Assembly (NCBI RefSeq): GCF_963921235.1 | Contig: NC_086097.1 | Location: forward strand, 247,258,001 to 247,322,000 | Source of the DNA: Mobula hypostoma | Lineage: Eukaryota | DNA: 64,000 nucleotides | Direction: 5' to 3' | Shown here: positions 38,095 through 50,499 of the stretch, piece after piece | Layout: every line of letters starts with the position of its first letter | Numbering within the stretch: position 1 is the stretch's first letter | Notes under the pieces: model-generated | What the model saw: only the letters and a program-made list of their open reading frames with translations | Database searches by the model: none | What the model was told of the DNA's origin: nothing | Made by a program: the position numbers and the translations under genes

Positions 38095-38665
38095 AGATTC
38101 CTTAATGTTGTGATAGCTGGGGTTGGTCATGGGGACAAACTCCCACTACCTATTAAATGTTCCAACTGGCTTGGGTCTCAAATAGCCTCTGACAATCAAG
38201 TCCAACTCCTGGCTTTCACGTGTGGCTTAGCTTCTACGCCCTGCAGAACTGTTTCTACTGACAGGAGAAGGGGCAACGGTGGGTCAGTGGTCACTTTGGG
38301 CAGATGGGCTTGTCAACCATGTCAGCTCATCTAGAAGAAGGAAAACTCTGATCTCTAACCTCCACTGCCTTGTGGCTACACCCACTCATGGGAAAGGCTT
38401 CGGGAGTAAACCCCAAGGAATACAGTAATCCAGAGCTGAAGTCCCTAAGGCAGTCCTACGTTGAGTTCAACGCTGGCAGGTAACTTCTGCCACACTGCTG
38501 GTGCCAAACTGTATCAGCCTCTGCCGTTCCTTTGAGTTCATCAGCTGTGTGGAGAGGGGGAGCCTGTTACATGGACATCAGCTCTCCATATTGACCTGGC
38601 CTGTCTTGTGTATCTAGTCAACTGGGATGCAACATCCATGATCGACTCTGACCAGCGAAGGCCTC
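38095..38665 (+). mobile_element. Non-autonomous, probably RTE-derived element, copy 2
   Basis: Homologous to 23897-24450. Confidence 0.6.
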
Positions 38666-39980
38666 ATGGCAACAGGACACCCTCACAGAAAGATAATTTA
38701 ACCACAAAGAGCAAGGATGGTTTTGGGGCTGCTGAATTGTTTCATAGTCTGGTAAACGGCCAAAGAGAATGAAGGGTGTGTAGAACACCCTGACAGGGGT
38801 GGTGGTGGAGGCAGAGTCATTAGGGGCATTAAGAAACTTTAGATAGATACATGGATGATAGCAAAATGGAGGGCTATGTACTGTAAGAGGTTAAAAGATT
38901 AATACAACATTGTGGGCCGAAGGGCCTGTACTGTGCTGTAGTGTTCAATGTTCCAAGTTCTATGTTGTAAACTCCACTACAAGCCAACCATGCACTGATC
39001 AGTGACTGAGAGAGAGAGAAGGGGAGATCAGGCTGCATTTTGATAAAAGCATTTCAAATACACATCCACCATCTGTTCCTACCAGGACACAGAGAATGTC
39101 TGCCTGAAACAGAGCCTCGGCCAGACGCAGCTGAAACAGAAGACGGCATTGCTCACAAATGGTTTCTGCCTGTACAGTGATACTCATACAAAATGATGCC
39201 TTGCCGTTGAGAGCCCAAGGGAGAAATGTAAGCGGCACTTCACTCCTGTCTTCCCATGAGAAATGCCATGCAAGGTGCCAACATCCATGAGAAAAAGGTC
39301 ACTCATCATGCCAAAGGCTGATGATGGAGAGTGCTTTAAGGTTTTGAGGAATGCAGCTTGACAGACATTTCCCACAATCACTGAGGAGCAGAAGGAGATG
39401 GATGATGAGAATTAAAACAGCTGAACACAGTCACTGCTTTGGAGGGGCGACTGCACGAGACTGGAAAGAGCTGCAGAAGGTTGTAAACTCTGCCAGCTCC
39501 ATCATGGGCACTAGGCTCCCCAGCACCGAGGACAGCTTCAACTGGTGGTGCCTCAAAAAGACAGCATCCATCATTAAGGGCCCTCACCTCCCAGGACATG
39601 TCCTCTTCTCATGGTTACCATCATCAAGGATGTACAGGAGCCTGAAGACACACACTCAATCTTTCAGGAACATCTCCTTACTCTCCACCATCAGATTTCT
39701 TCGTGGACGATGAACCCATGAACACTATCTCGCTATTTTTTTTTGCTCTCATTTTGCACTACTTAATTAATTTTATATATATTTATAGGTCTTTTTTATT
39801 ATTATGTGTTGTACTGTACTGCTGCCACAAACAACAGAGTTCAGAATCAGAATCAGGTTTAATATCACTGGCATATGTTATGAAATTTGTTGTTTTGTGG
39901 CAGCTGTACAGAATAATAAAAAACTGAAAATTACACCTATATATAATGTTAAATAGTGCAAAAAGAGGAAAAAAGTGGCT

Positions 39981-40441
39981 AGCAACATACATCAAAGTTG
40001 CTGGTGAATGCAGCAGGCCAAGCAGCATCTATAGGAAGAGGCGCAGTCGACGTTTCAGGCCGAGACCCTTCGTCAGGACTAACTGAAGGAAGAGTGAGTA
40101 AGGGATTTGAAAGTTGGAGGGGGAGGGGGAGATCCAAATGATAGGAGAAGACAGGAGGGGGAGGGATGGAGCCGAGAGCTGGACAGGTGATAGGCAAAAG
40201 GGAATACGAGAGGATCATGGGACAGGAGGTCCGGGAAGAAAGACAAGGGGGGGGGTGACCCAGAGGATGGGCAAGAGGTATATTCAGAGGGACAGAGGGA
40301 GAAAAAGGAGAGTGAGAGAAAGAATGTGTACATAAAAAAGAGTAACAGATGGGGTACGAGGGGGAGGTGGGGCCTTAGCGGAAGTTAGAGAAGTCGATGT
40401 TCATGCCATCAGGTTGGAGGCTACCCAGATGGAATATAAGG
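39981..40441 (-). mobile_element. Penelope-like 3' fragment
   Basis: The minus strand encodes LIFHLGSLQPDGMNIDFSNFR*. The 3'UTR is near-identical to 8221-8500. Confidence 0.88.
40044..40081 (-). ncRNA. Minimal type-I hammerhead ribozyme
   Basis: UAGUC CUGACGA AGGGUCUCGGCCU GAAAC GUC GACUG, intact. Confidence 0.78.
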
Positions 40442-40789
40442 CGAGCAGTGTTTATGACATATGCCAGTGATATTAAACCCGATTCTGATTCTAATTCAGA
40501 TTCCAATTCCTGAATGAGCTTGAAATTCCACGGTGAGGTTAGATTTCAAGTTTCCGCCAAATTTAATTCTTTCAGAATCGTAATTTTTTTCAGCACAAGC
40601 TTCAAGATTCAAGACAGGTTATTGTCATTTCTACGGTACACATATGGAAAGGAGAACAGAGTGATTGTTACCATATGCCATAAAAGACACAAAAAGCATA
40701 AAGACCACAACAAACAGCAGACTGAAGTCTCCTGCAATTATTCTGAGACCGTCTGGATACTTGTTTTGTAGAGAGCTGTTAATAGTGTA

Positions 40790-41130
40790 TAGGGCACCCA
40801 GTGCATTCTAGGCGTTTGCACTCACGGGGGTGGGGGTGGGGTGGAGGGGAGGTAGATGGCACTGATAAACACAGCAGTAAACTCCCTAATTAGGCAACTG
40901 GCCGGTGTTGAACTACAATATGTTCAATTGCCAGAGGACAGCGACTGCCCATACAGAAAAGTCCGGGTACCACTACCAGCCTTTGTCGAAGTACACACAG
41001 AGTCTGCCTCCCCTTGATTTTCCTGACAGGGAGATCCCATTTGTGCGGCATAGAGCTGTCCCGTCAAGCCGAAAAGCTGAGTTGGGCCTGGGGCCTACCA
41101 GCCCTGCTTCCCGGTGAAAACCAGGTTGTA
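40790..41130 (-). pseudogene. Highly decayed APE endonuclease fragment of a Rex1/Babar-like LINE
   Basis: Manual translation gives LSGKSRGGRLCVYFDKGW, IEHIVVQHRP and REFTAVFISAIYLP, compared with the family motifs GKxRGGGLCxY and CRPFYLPREF...AVYIPP. Frameshifted. Confidence 0.7.
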
Positions 41131-41338
41131 GCAGTCTTGCAGTTTGATAGGAAGTAATTGTTACTTTTTATTCAAAAAGGCATACTCTAACTTTATTTAT
41201 GAGTGACTACCAACTTAGTTTTATTAATAGAGCTTATTTTATTTATGTTATTTAGTGATACAGTGCAGTAACAGGCCTTCTGGGCCAATGAACCTGAGCT
41301 GACTAATTACACCCATGTGATCAATGAACCAACTAACG

Positions 41339-42132
41339 GGTAGGAAACTTTGTCACATGGTGTGAGCAGAATTATCTGCAGCTTAATGTGAATAAGACTA
41401 AGGAGCTGGTGGTAGACCTGAGGAGGGCTAAGGTACCGGTGACCCCTGTTTCCATCCAGGGAGTCAGTGTGGACATGGTGGAGGATTACAAATATCTGGG
41501 GATACGAATTGACAATAAACTGGACTGGTCAAAGAACACTGAGGCTGTCTACAAGAAGGGTCAGAGCCGTCTCTATTTCCTGAGGAGACTGAGGTCCTTT
41601 AACATCTGCCAGACGATGCTGAGGATGTTCTACGAGTCTGTGGTGGCCAGTGCGATCATGTTTGCTGTTGTGTGCTGGGGCAGTAGGCTGAGGGTAGCAG
41701 ACACCAACAGAATCAACAAACTCATTTGTAAGGCCAGTGATGTTGTGGGGATGGAACTGGACTCTCTCACGGTGGTGTCTGAAAAGAGGATGCTGTCCAA
41801 GTTGCATGCCATCTTGGTCAATGTCTCCCATCCACTACATAATGTACTGGGTGGGCACAGGAGTACATTCAGCCAGAGACTTATTCCACCGAGATGCAAC
41901 ACAGAGCGTCATAGGAAGTCATTCCTGCCTGTGGCCATCAAACTTTACAACTCCTCTCTTGGAGGGTCAGACACCCTGAGCCAATAGGCTGGTCTTGGAC
42001 TTATTTCCTGGCATAATTTACATATTACTATTTAACTATTTATGGTTCTATTACTATTTATTATTTATGGAGCAACTGTAACGAAAACCAATTTCCCCCA
42101 GGATTAATAAAGTATGACTATGACTATGACTA
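41339..42132 (+). mobile_element. Rex1/Babar-type LINE 3' fragment inserted in a V-SINE
   Basis: ORF 41388-41987 is near-identical to 37165-37812. (TATGAC)n tail. Confidence 0.92.
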
Positions 42133-42621
42133 TCTTTGGACTTTGGGAGGAAACCAAAGCACCCAGAGGAAACCCTCATGGTCATAGGGAGAATATACAA
42201 ACTCCTTATAGGCAGCAGTGGAATTGAACCTAGATCACTAGTACTGTAACCGTGTTACGCTAACCTCTACACTAACCTGCCGCCCCTCCCTCCCCATCGT
42301 CAAATATTCAATTTGAATTTGGATCTGAATTCTTCATCTCTGAGTAATCAGATTTAAAATAACTGGAAATGCTTTCAAAAACCCTTAACAATATTATTGC
42401 ATTGTAAATGTATCTTGCTATGAAAATCTTTAAAAATGCACCCATCAATAGCTGTTGCTCTGGCAAAGTGAACAAAACTTGAAAAGTCTTTCTGAACCAG
42501 TGCAGTAATACAGTTTTACTTTGGATGGGACAAGCTTTGCGGTCAGATTCAGAATCAGAATCAGGTTTATTATCTGTTACGTATATCATGAAATTTGTTT
42601 TTTTTGCAGCAGAAGTACTGT

Positions 42622-42971
42622 TCGTTCGTTCATTATGTGCCGTGTCTTATGGTGTGGGCGATCATGATTGTTCTTGGCAAATTTTTCGACAGAAGTGGTT
42701 TGCCATTGCCATCTTCTGGGCAGTGTCTTTACAAGTTGGGTGACCTCAGCCATTATCAATACTCTTCAGAGATTGTCTGCCTAGTGTCCAGGACTTGTGA
42801 TATCCACCAGCTGCTCATACGACCACCCACCACCTGCTCCCACGGCTTCATGTGACTCTGATCTGGGGGCTAAGCAGGTGCTACACCTTGCCCAAGAGTG
42901 ACCGGCAGGCTAGCTGGGGGAACGAGGGCCTTACACCTCCCTGGGGAGAGACGTCTCCACCTTGCCACCCA
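42622..42971 (-). mobile_element. SINE-like repeat with (ACGA)n tail
   Basis: 11-bp TSD AGAAGTACTGT at 42611-42621 and 42972-42982. Homologous to 25372-25682. Confidence 0.8.
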
Positions 42972-44245
42972 AGAAGTACTGTACAACTTAAAATATCCAT
43001 TAATATTAGTTAAATAATTTAAATCTACCCGATTGAACAAATTATGGCAACATACTTATTGCTTTTTATCAGACTGATTTATCTATAAATGCTCGTCAAA
43101 TCAGGATTATTGAATGTTACAACAGAGGATGTCATTGCCTCCATCATGAGCAGAAAAGCTAGCTCTCCTTAAATAAAGATGAAGTCCCTGTAGCATGTGG
43201 GCAAGATGGTGCAGCAAGGTAGTGTAGAGATCACTGTAATGACCGAAAGTGCCAGTGATTTCTGTAACACTCTACAGCACCATTCACATCAGGGTTCAAT
43301 TCCCTGCGTGATCCGTAAGGAGTTTCTACATTCTCCCCATGATTATGTTGGTTTCCTCCATCGTTCTAAAGGAACATACGGGTGAGGGTCAGTAATTCGT
43401 GTGTATGCTGTACTAGGGCTGAAGTACGGCGACACTTGTGAGCTGCCCCCAGCACATCCTCGCACGGTCATGGTCTTTGAGGCAAACAACACATTTCACT
43501 GTATGTTTCGATATATATGTGGCAGATAAAACTAATCTGATCTATCCTAATCTAATGTAACCTGAGGATCTTGTTTCAAGAGCAGAGAATAACCAGCAGA
43601 ATGTTGCTTTAATTTCTTCTGCAATAAATGTGGCTTAAATCACAACTAAATGCATTTGTATCTATTTTGTTGGACTGTACAGGGAACTCAGTTTTCATTG
43701 GCATTCCATTTTTTATAAGCTTAGCTTGAAGTTTGTTAGCATTTTCAATAAAATGCACCGAAGCATAATCACGAGAAAGCAAAAGGCGCAGAGAAATCTG
43801 CATGAGTTTAACATTAACTACACAGATGCAGTGTATTATCACAGATATAAACCAGCTTCATCTGTAACACATGAGTTTAGGTGTTAAGTAAAGATCATCT
43901 AAAAGTGCTACTTCAGCATTTTCAGCTGAAATTATTCAAAGGATAAAAGCATACATGAAACAGGTATTAACCTTCAACCATCAGGCTCCTGACCAGTGTG
44001 GATAACTTCACTCACCGCAACTCTGAACTGATTCCACGACCGACAGACTCACTTTCAAGGACTCTACAACTCGTGTTCTCATTATCTATCTATCTATATT
44101 TGCACATTGGTTGGTTGTCAGTCTTTGTATGTAGTTTTTCATTGATTCTGTTGTATTCCTCTGTTCTACTCAGAATGTCTGCAAGAAAATGAATGTATAT
44201 GGTGACATATATGTACTTTGACAATAAATTTACTTAGAACATCTT

Positions 44246-44725
44246 TGTGGTGGCACAGTTAGCACAATGCTTTACAGCACCAGCGATATGGGTTCAATTC
44301 CTGCCGCTGCTTGTAAGGACCACAAACACAGGAAAATCTGCAGATACTGGAAACCCAAGGCAACACACACAAAATGCTGGAGGAACTCAGCAGGTCAGGC
44401 AGCATCTGTGGAAATGAATGAACAGTCGACGTTTCGGGCCGCGATGAAGTGTGTCCTGATGAAGGGTCTCGGCCTGAGATATCAACGGATACTGCCTGGC
44501 CTGCTGAGTTCCTCCAGCATTTTGTGTGTGTGTTGTCTGTAAAGAGTTAGTACGTTCTCCCCATGACCGCGTGGGTTTCCTCCGGGTGCTCCGGTTTCCT
44601 CCCACAGTCAAAAGACGTTGGAAGGTTAATTGTAAATTGTCCCATGATTAGGCTGGGATTAAATCGGGAGTTCCTGGGCAGTGTGGCTTGAAGGGCCGGA
44701 AGGGCCAATTCCATGCTGTATCTCA
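44246..44725 (+). mobile_element. V-SINE interrupted by a fold-back PLE insertion (~44320-44533)
   Basis: tRNA head with GGTTCAATTCC; the V-domain resumes at ~44555. Inverted arms at ~44362-44406 and ~44487-44532. Confidence 0.8.
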
Positions 44726-45124
44726 CCTTTGACCTTAGTTGAGAGTACACTAGACATGGGGTCTGTAATATAATGTCTCCACATTCCTTTGCCTGTATCC
44801 TATCATTGGCAATTATTCTTTCATAAGCATACTTTAACAAATTATTCTTCATGTTTATTTATTGATTATTCTGATCTTCCCTTATCAATTCCCTGCTTCA
44901 GTAAAGACTTCAAATAACGTGTCAGTCACAGCTCAAGGAAAGCGCTTTTGTTTGGAGTCAGAGTGTTACTGTTCAAATGCACACACCAGACACTTGAGCA
45001 CAGAGAACTCAGTGCTGAACTGACTGAGCCGTTACCCTGGGTGAGAAGCTGAGCCTCCCGAGCAGTCTGTCAAAATGGACAATATGGCAGAGCATTCTTT
45101 CTGAGTAGATAAAACATAAAATTA

Positions 45125-45460
45125 AAAACACGAGAAACTCTGCAGATGCTGGAAATCGAGAGTATCACACACAAACTGCTGGAGGAACTCAGCAGGTCAG
45201 GCGGCATCTATGGAGAAGACAGATGATATGATGAAGGATAGCCTTGATCGGGACTGGAAAGGATGGGAGAAGAGGCCAGAATAAGAAGGTGGGGGGAAGG
45301 GAAGGACAAGCTAGCAGGTGATAGGTGAGACCAGGTAAGGGGGGAGTTGGATGGTAGGGGGAGAGGTATGAAGTAAGAAGCTGGGAGATGATAGGTGGAA
45401 AAGGTAAGGGGCTGAAGAAGAAGGAATCTGATTGGAGAGGACAGGGAACGAGAGGTGATG
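45125..45460 (-). mobile_element. Older PLE-derived 3' fragment (similar copies at ~47900-48445 and ~51175-51410)
   Basis: Same terminal motif (ctgcagatgctgg...gctggaggaactcagcagg). The hammerhead cores are decayed. Confidence 0.7.
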
Positions 45461-46174
45461 GATCAGACAAGGTTAAGATTAGCTTTATTTGTCACATCTA
45501 CATTGAAACATACAGTGAAATGTGTTATTTGCATCAAATGAAATCAGTGAGGATCGTGCTACGGGGCAGCCTGCAAGAGTCGCCATGCTCCCTGTGCCAG
45601 TATAGAATGCCGACACCTTATTAACTCTAACCTGTACATCTTTGGAGTATGGGAGAAAACTAGAGTACCAGGAGGAACTCCATGTGGTCCTGTGGAGAAC
45701 AAACAAACTGCTTACAGACGGCAGTGGGAATCAAACTCCGATCAGTGACCTCTGGCATTACAACGTGATTGCGTTAACTGCTACCCTACTGTACAAGTGA
45801 GAAGAACAAAAAATTATCTGTCTTACATTGTAGGAGCTCACTGTGTCAGCTGGCTCCTGACTCTCTTTAGCTTACAAGCAAGGTTGTATTTCAAGGTATT
45901 TAAAACACTTGGTAAAAATGATTTATTTTCTTCTGATGAACATGAGAATCACCTGCTTCCGGCCTTTTCCGCAGCCAGATGTAACTGTGAATGAGCAGCA
46001 CTGTGGAGTTCGGAGATCATCTCTGCCTTGTCTCCAGTAATCAGCCGCACTCTGCAGACGTGAATCAACACCATTACCCATGGATCCCGAAAGCACTGTG
46101 CCATTTACAGTTTTCACATGAATGCAAGTTTCCCCTCACTCCAAGTTAGAAGGATCCAGACTCACTCCAGGATA

Positions 46175-46492
46175 TGATGTAGATAAAGGCATCCGTTAGT
46201 CTTGCGAGACCATGAATCTGCGCCTGGAAAGTCTTCACTCTCCAGGGCGCAGGCCTGGGCAAGGTTGTATGGAAGACCGGCAGTTGCCCATGCTGCAAGT
46301 CTCCCCTCTCCACGACACCAATGTTGTCCAAGGGAAGGGCATTAGGACCCATACAGCTTGGCACCAGTGTCGTTGCAGAGCAATGTGTGATTAAGTGCCT
46401 TGCTCAAGGACACAACATGCTGCCTCGGCTGGGGCTCGAACTCACAACCTTCAGGTCACTAGTCCAATGCCTTAACCACTTGGCCACGTGCC
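46175..46492 (-). mobile_element. tRNA-headed SINE with a CORE-like domain and RTE-like tail
   Basis: A box TGGCCAAGTGG, B box GAGTTCGAGCC, then GTGTCCTTGAGCAAGGCACTTAATC. The 3' half is shared with 24260-24440. Confidence 0.75.
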
Positions 46493-46984
46493 CACACATG
46501 ATGTACATAAGATTAGTTTAATCTGCCATGTGTACATCGAAATATCCAAACATACTGTGAAATGCGCCATTTGCATCAATGACCAACGCAGTCCGAGAGG
46601 TGCTGGGGGCAGCCCGCGGGTGTCACCACACTTCCAGTGCCAAAATAGGAGGCCCACAACGTTACTAACCCATATGGCTTTGAAAGTGAGAGGAAACCGG
46701 AGAACTCAGAGAAAACCCATGAGGTCACAGAGAAGATGTACAAACTCCTTAGAGATAGAATTGAACCCCAACTTTACAGCTGGCATTGTGAAGCCTTATG
46801 CTAACTGCTACACTATGAAGCCACTCATGTGGGGTGATTAAATCATGGTTGTACTCAGTGGGTATCAGCCTTTGCAGGAAGCAGAGAACCAGGGAATCAT
46901 TAACCTGCAGTTCCTGCAAGGGCTACTTCTGACTGGGGAGAATTCGACTGGAAAGGGCACCCTAACTTGACATTCACTTAAATA

Positions 46985-47865
46985 TGGATTTGTGGCTAAG
47001 TTTGTGGACAATACAAAGATAGATGGTGGGGCAGGTAGTGTTGAGAAGGCAGGGAGTCTACAGAAGGACTTTGACAGATTAGGAGAATGGGCAATGAAGT
47101 GGCAGATGGAATATAGTGCAGGGAACTATATGGCCATGCAGTTTGGTAGAAGGAGTAAAGGTATAGACTTCTTTCTAAATGGGGAGAAAAGTACACAAGG
47201 ACTTGGAAGTCCTTGTGCAGAATGCCCTGAAGGTTAACTTGCAGGTTGAGACAATGGTAAGGAAGGAAAATGCAATGTTAGTATTCATTTCTAGAGGACT
47301 AGAATGTAAAAACAGGGAAATAATGCTGAGGCTTTATAAGTCACCGGTTGGACTTCTCTTGGAGTATTATGAGCAGTTTTGAGCCACTTATCTAAGAAAG
47401 AATGTGCTGACATTATAGAGGATCCAAAGGAAGTTCTCCTGCATTCTCCTTGTAACCTTGACGTCCGCCATTCCAACATGGGTGATTTATTATCCTTCTC
47501 AACTCCATTCTCCTGCCATCTCCATAGAAAAGCAAGAACTTATCACTCTCCACTTTAAATATACCCAATGACTTGGCATCCACAGCTGTCTGTGACAATG
47601 AATTCCACAGATTCACCACCCCCTGGCGAAATAACTTCCTCCTCATCTCCGTTCTAAATGGATTCTGTTCGGTTCTGAAGCTGTGCCCTCTGGTCCTAGA
47701 CTCTCCCACCACAGGAAACATCTCCTCCATGACCACTGTATCTCGGCCTTTCAATATTTGATTGATTTCAATGAGGTCTGCATTCTTCCTTCTAAACTCT
47801 AGTGATGACAGGCCCAGAACCATCAAACATTCCTCAAATGTTAACCCTTTTATTCCTGGAATCTT
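46985..47865. mobile_element. Two decayed CR1 fragments in opposite orientation
   Basis: ORFs 46992-47382(+) and 47413-47826(-) carry CR1 RT motifs. Confidence 0.8.
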
Positions 47866-48569
47866 CAGATGTTTTGTGGCATTGTTTTATTAAACAAATT
47901 ATAAACACAAGAGATTCTGCAGACGCTGGATACACCAAAGTAACACATACATAATGCTGGAAGGACTCAGCCGGTCAGGCAGCCTCTACGGAGAGGAATA
48001 AACAGTTGACATTTAGGAGCAAGACCCTTCTTTAGGACTGAAAAGGAAGGGTGAAGAAGCCAGATTACAAAGCTGGGGATAGGGGAAGAACACAAGCTGG
48101 CAGGTGATACCAAGTGTGGGGGAAGGTGGATGGGTGGAGGAGGATGATAAAGTGAGAAGCTGGGAGGTGATAGGTGGAAAAGGTGAAGGAAGGGCTGAAG
48201 AAGAAGGAATTTAATAGGAGAGGAGCGTGGACCATGGAAGAAAGGTAAGGGGAATGGGCACCAGAGGGAGGTGATGGGCAGGTGAGGAGAAGAGAAGGTC
48301 TGAGAGGGGAGCCAGAATGTGGGATGGAAAAAGAGTGAAGGGGGCAGGGGGGAGAAATTACAAGAAGTAAGAGAAATCAGTGTTGAAGACTACCCAGACG
48401 TAACATGAGGTGTTGCTCCTCCAACCTCAGCGTAGCCTCATTGGGGCATAAACTTATGTTCATTTGTATTAAAATATATTTTAAATCTCAACTACTGAGT
48501 TTTGTAGAAAATCAGTTGCTCTAACATCTATGTCTACCATAAGCCTACATCTATGTCTACTATAAGCGT

Positions 48570-49436
48570 AGAGCTACCTGGACTATTCCTCTTCCCACCC
48601 TGTCTCTTGCAAAAAATGCCATCCCCTTCTTGCAATTCCTCCGTCTCTGCCGCATCTGCTCTCAGGATGAGGCTTTTCATTCCAGGACGAAGGAGATGTC
48701 CTCCTTTTTTAGAGAAAGGGGCTTCCCTTCCTCCATCATCAACTCTGCTCTCAAATGCATCTCTCCCATTTCACGTACATCTGCTCTCACCCCATCCTCC
48801 CGCCACCCCACTAGGAATAGGGTTCCCCTTGTCCTCACCTACCACCCCACCAGCCTCCGGGTTCAACATATAATTCTCCATAACTTCTGCCACCTCCAAC
48901 GGGATCCCACCACTAAGCACATCTTTCCCTCCCCCCCCTCTGCATTCCACAGGGATCGCTCCCTACGCAACTCCCTTGTCCATTCGTCCTCCCCATCCCT
49001 TCCCACCGATCTCCCTCCCGGCACTTATCCTTGTAAGCGGAACAAGTGTTACACATGTCCTTACACTTCCTCCCTCACCACCATTCAGGGCCCCAGACAG
49101 TCCTTCCAGGTGAGGCGACACTTCACCTGTGAGTCGGCTGGGGTGATATACTGTGTCCGGTGCTCCCGATGCGGCCTTCTATATATTGGTGAGACGCAAT
49201 GCAGACTGGGAGACTGTTTTGCTGAACGCCTACGCTCTGTCAGCCAGAGAAAGCAGGATCTCCCAGTGGTCACACATTTTAATTCCACGTCCCACTCCCA
49301 TTCTGATATGTCTATCCACGGCCTCCTCTATTATCAAGATGAAGCCACACTCAGGTTGGAGGAACAACACCTTATATTCCGTCTGGGTAGCCTCCAACCT
49401 GATGGCATGAATATTGACTTCTCTAACTTCTGTTAA
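48570..49436 (+). pseudogene. Open C-terminal part of the PLE ORF (GIY-YIG endonuclease)
   Basis: ORF 48630-49436 (268 aa): VIY-x10-YIGET-x2-RL, HF motif and RLEEQ...PDGMN. The RT core is missing. Confidence 0.9.
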
Positions 49437-49712
49437 TGTCCCTCCTCCCCTTCACACCCCATCCTTTATTTTATATTTTTTATTTATCCCCCCTTTTTTC
49501 TCTCTCTCTCTTTTTTCTCCCTCTGTCCCTCTCACTGTAACTCCTTGCCTGCTCTCCACTCTCCGGGCTCCCCTCCCCCCTTCTCTTTCTCCCTAGGCTT
49601 CCCATCCCATAATCCTCTCCCTTCTCCAGCTCTTGGCTCCATCGTCTCCTATCATTTCGGACCTCTACCTCCCCCTCCCACTTTCAAATCTCTTACTAGC
49701 TCTTCTTTCAGT

Positions 49713-49750
49713 TAGTCCTGATGAAGGGTCTTGGCCCGAAACGTCGACTG
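49713..49750 (+). ncRNA. Minimal type-I hammerhead ribozyme in the PLE 3' repeat
   Basis: TAGTC CTGATGA A GGGT CTTG GCCC GAAAC GTC GACTG, in the same sense as the GIY-YIG ORF. Confidence 0.82.
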
Positions 49751-50499
49751 TACCTCTTCCTATAGATGCTGTCTGGCCTGCTGCGTTCACCAGCATTTTG
49801 TGTGTGTGTTGCTTGAATTTCCAGCATCTGCAGATTTCCTCGTGTCTGCCCTAACATCACACTGTTTACAGTTAGCATATATATGACTTAACAAATGTTG
49901 AAAGCACAGAGTTAAACAGACACTTCCTGCCAGTGTAATACAGTATAATATTTTAAGTCTTGAAGTAAATAAATACGTGTATCAGCCATGTCTGGTCAGT
50001 AAGCAATTTATTACACACTGAACACAAAACCATCATTATATTCTCAAGGATATGAAGACAGACGCACAAACTCTTAAGCCGTATTTTCATCCACATTTTG
50101 ATGTATAGTTGAATGTGTAATAATGAAATCTCATTTGCCAGGAGATTTCAATGCGCTAGGAACCAGCTGATTGAACACAGCATGAATCACGAGACAGATA
50201 TTAAATTAAAGGGAGACAGAGATGGCAGGACTATATCAACATTTACAGAGCAAAGACAACTCATTTAACGCTGCAGTATCATAATCTTCCTTAACGCATT
50301 ATACACTGCTTTATAAGGGTGAAGGAACACCAGAAATTGACAGAAAACAGACAGCACCAGGAAAACAGATAAATCGCAAATCCTTGATACGATACACATT
50401 TTCAGTTTCCTCACGACTACATTATCCATGTGCCACCAATTTCCAAAAAAACATTTTTAGGACATTTGGAAAGATCAGACTGATTAGCTTCATCTGACT

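Larger units (their letters stand above)
48529..49846 (+). mobile_element. 5'-truncated Penelope-like retroelement (RT thumb, GIY-YIG endonuclease, 3' pseudo-LTR)
   Basis: YYKP...SYLDYSSSHP, FLRLCRICS, CxxxxCxxC linker and VIYCVRCSRCGLLYIGET. Imperfect 12-bp TSD TGC(T/C)CTAACATC at 48517-48528 and 49847-49858. Confidence 0.93.

Noticed and set aside
46420..46492. tRNA gene
   Set aside because: A and B boxes are present but run directly into a SINE body, so this is a SINE head.
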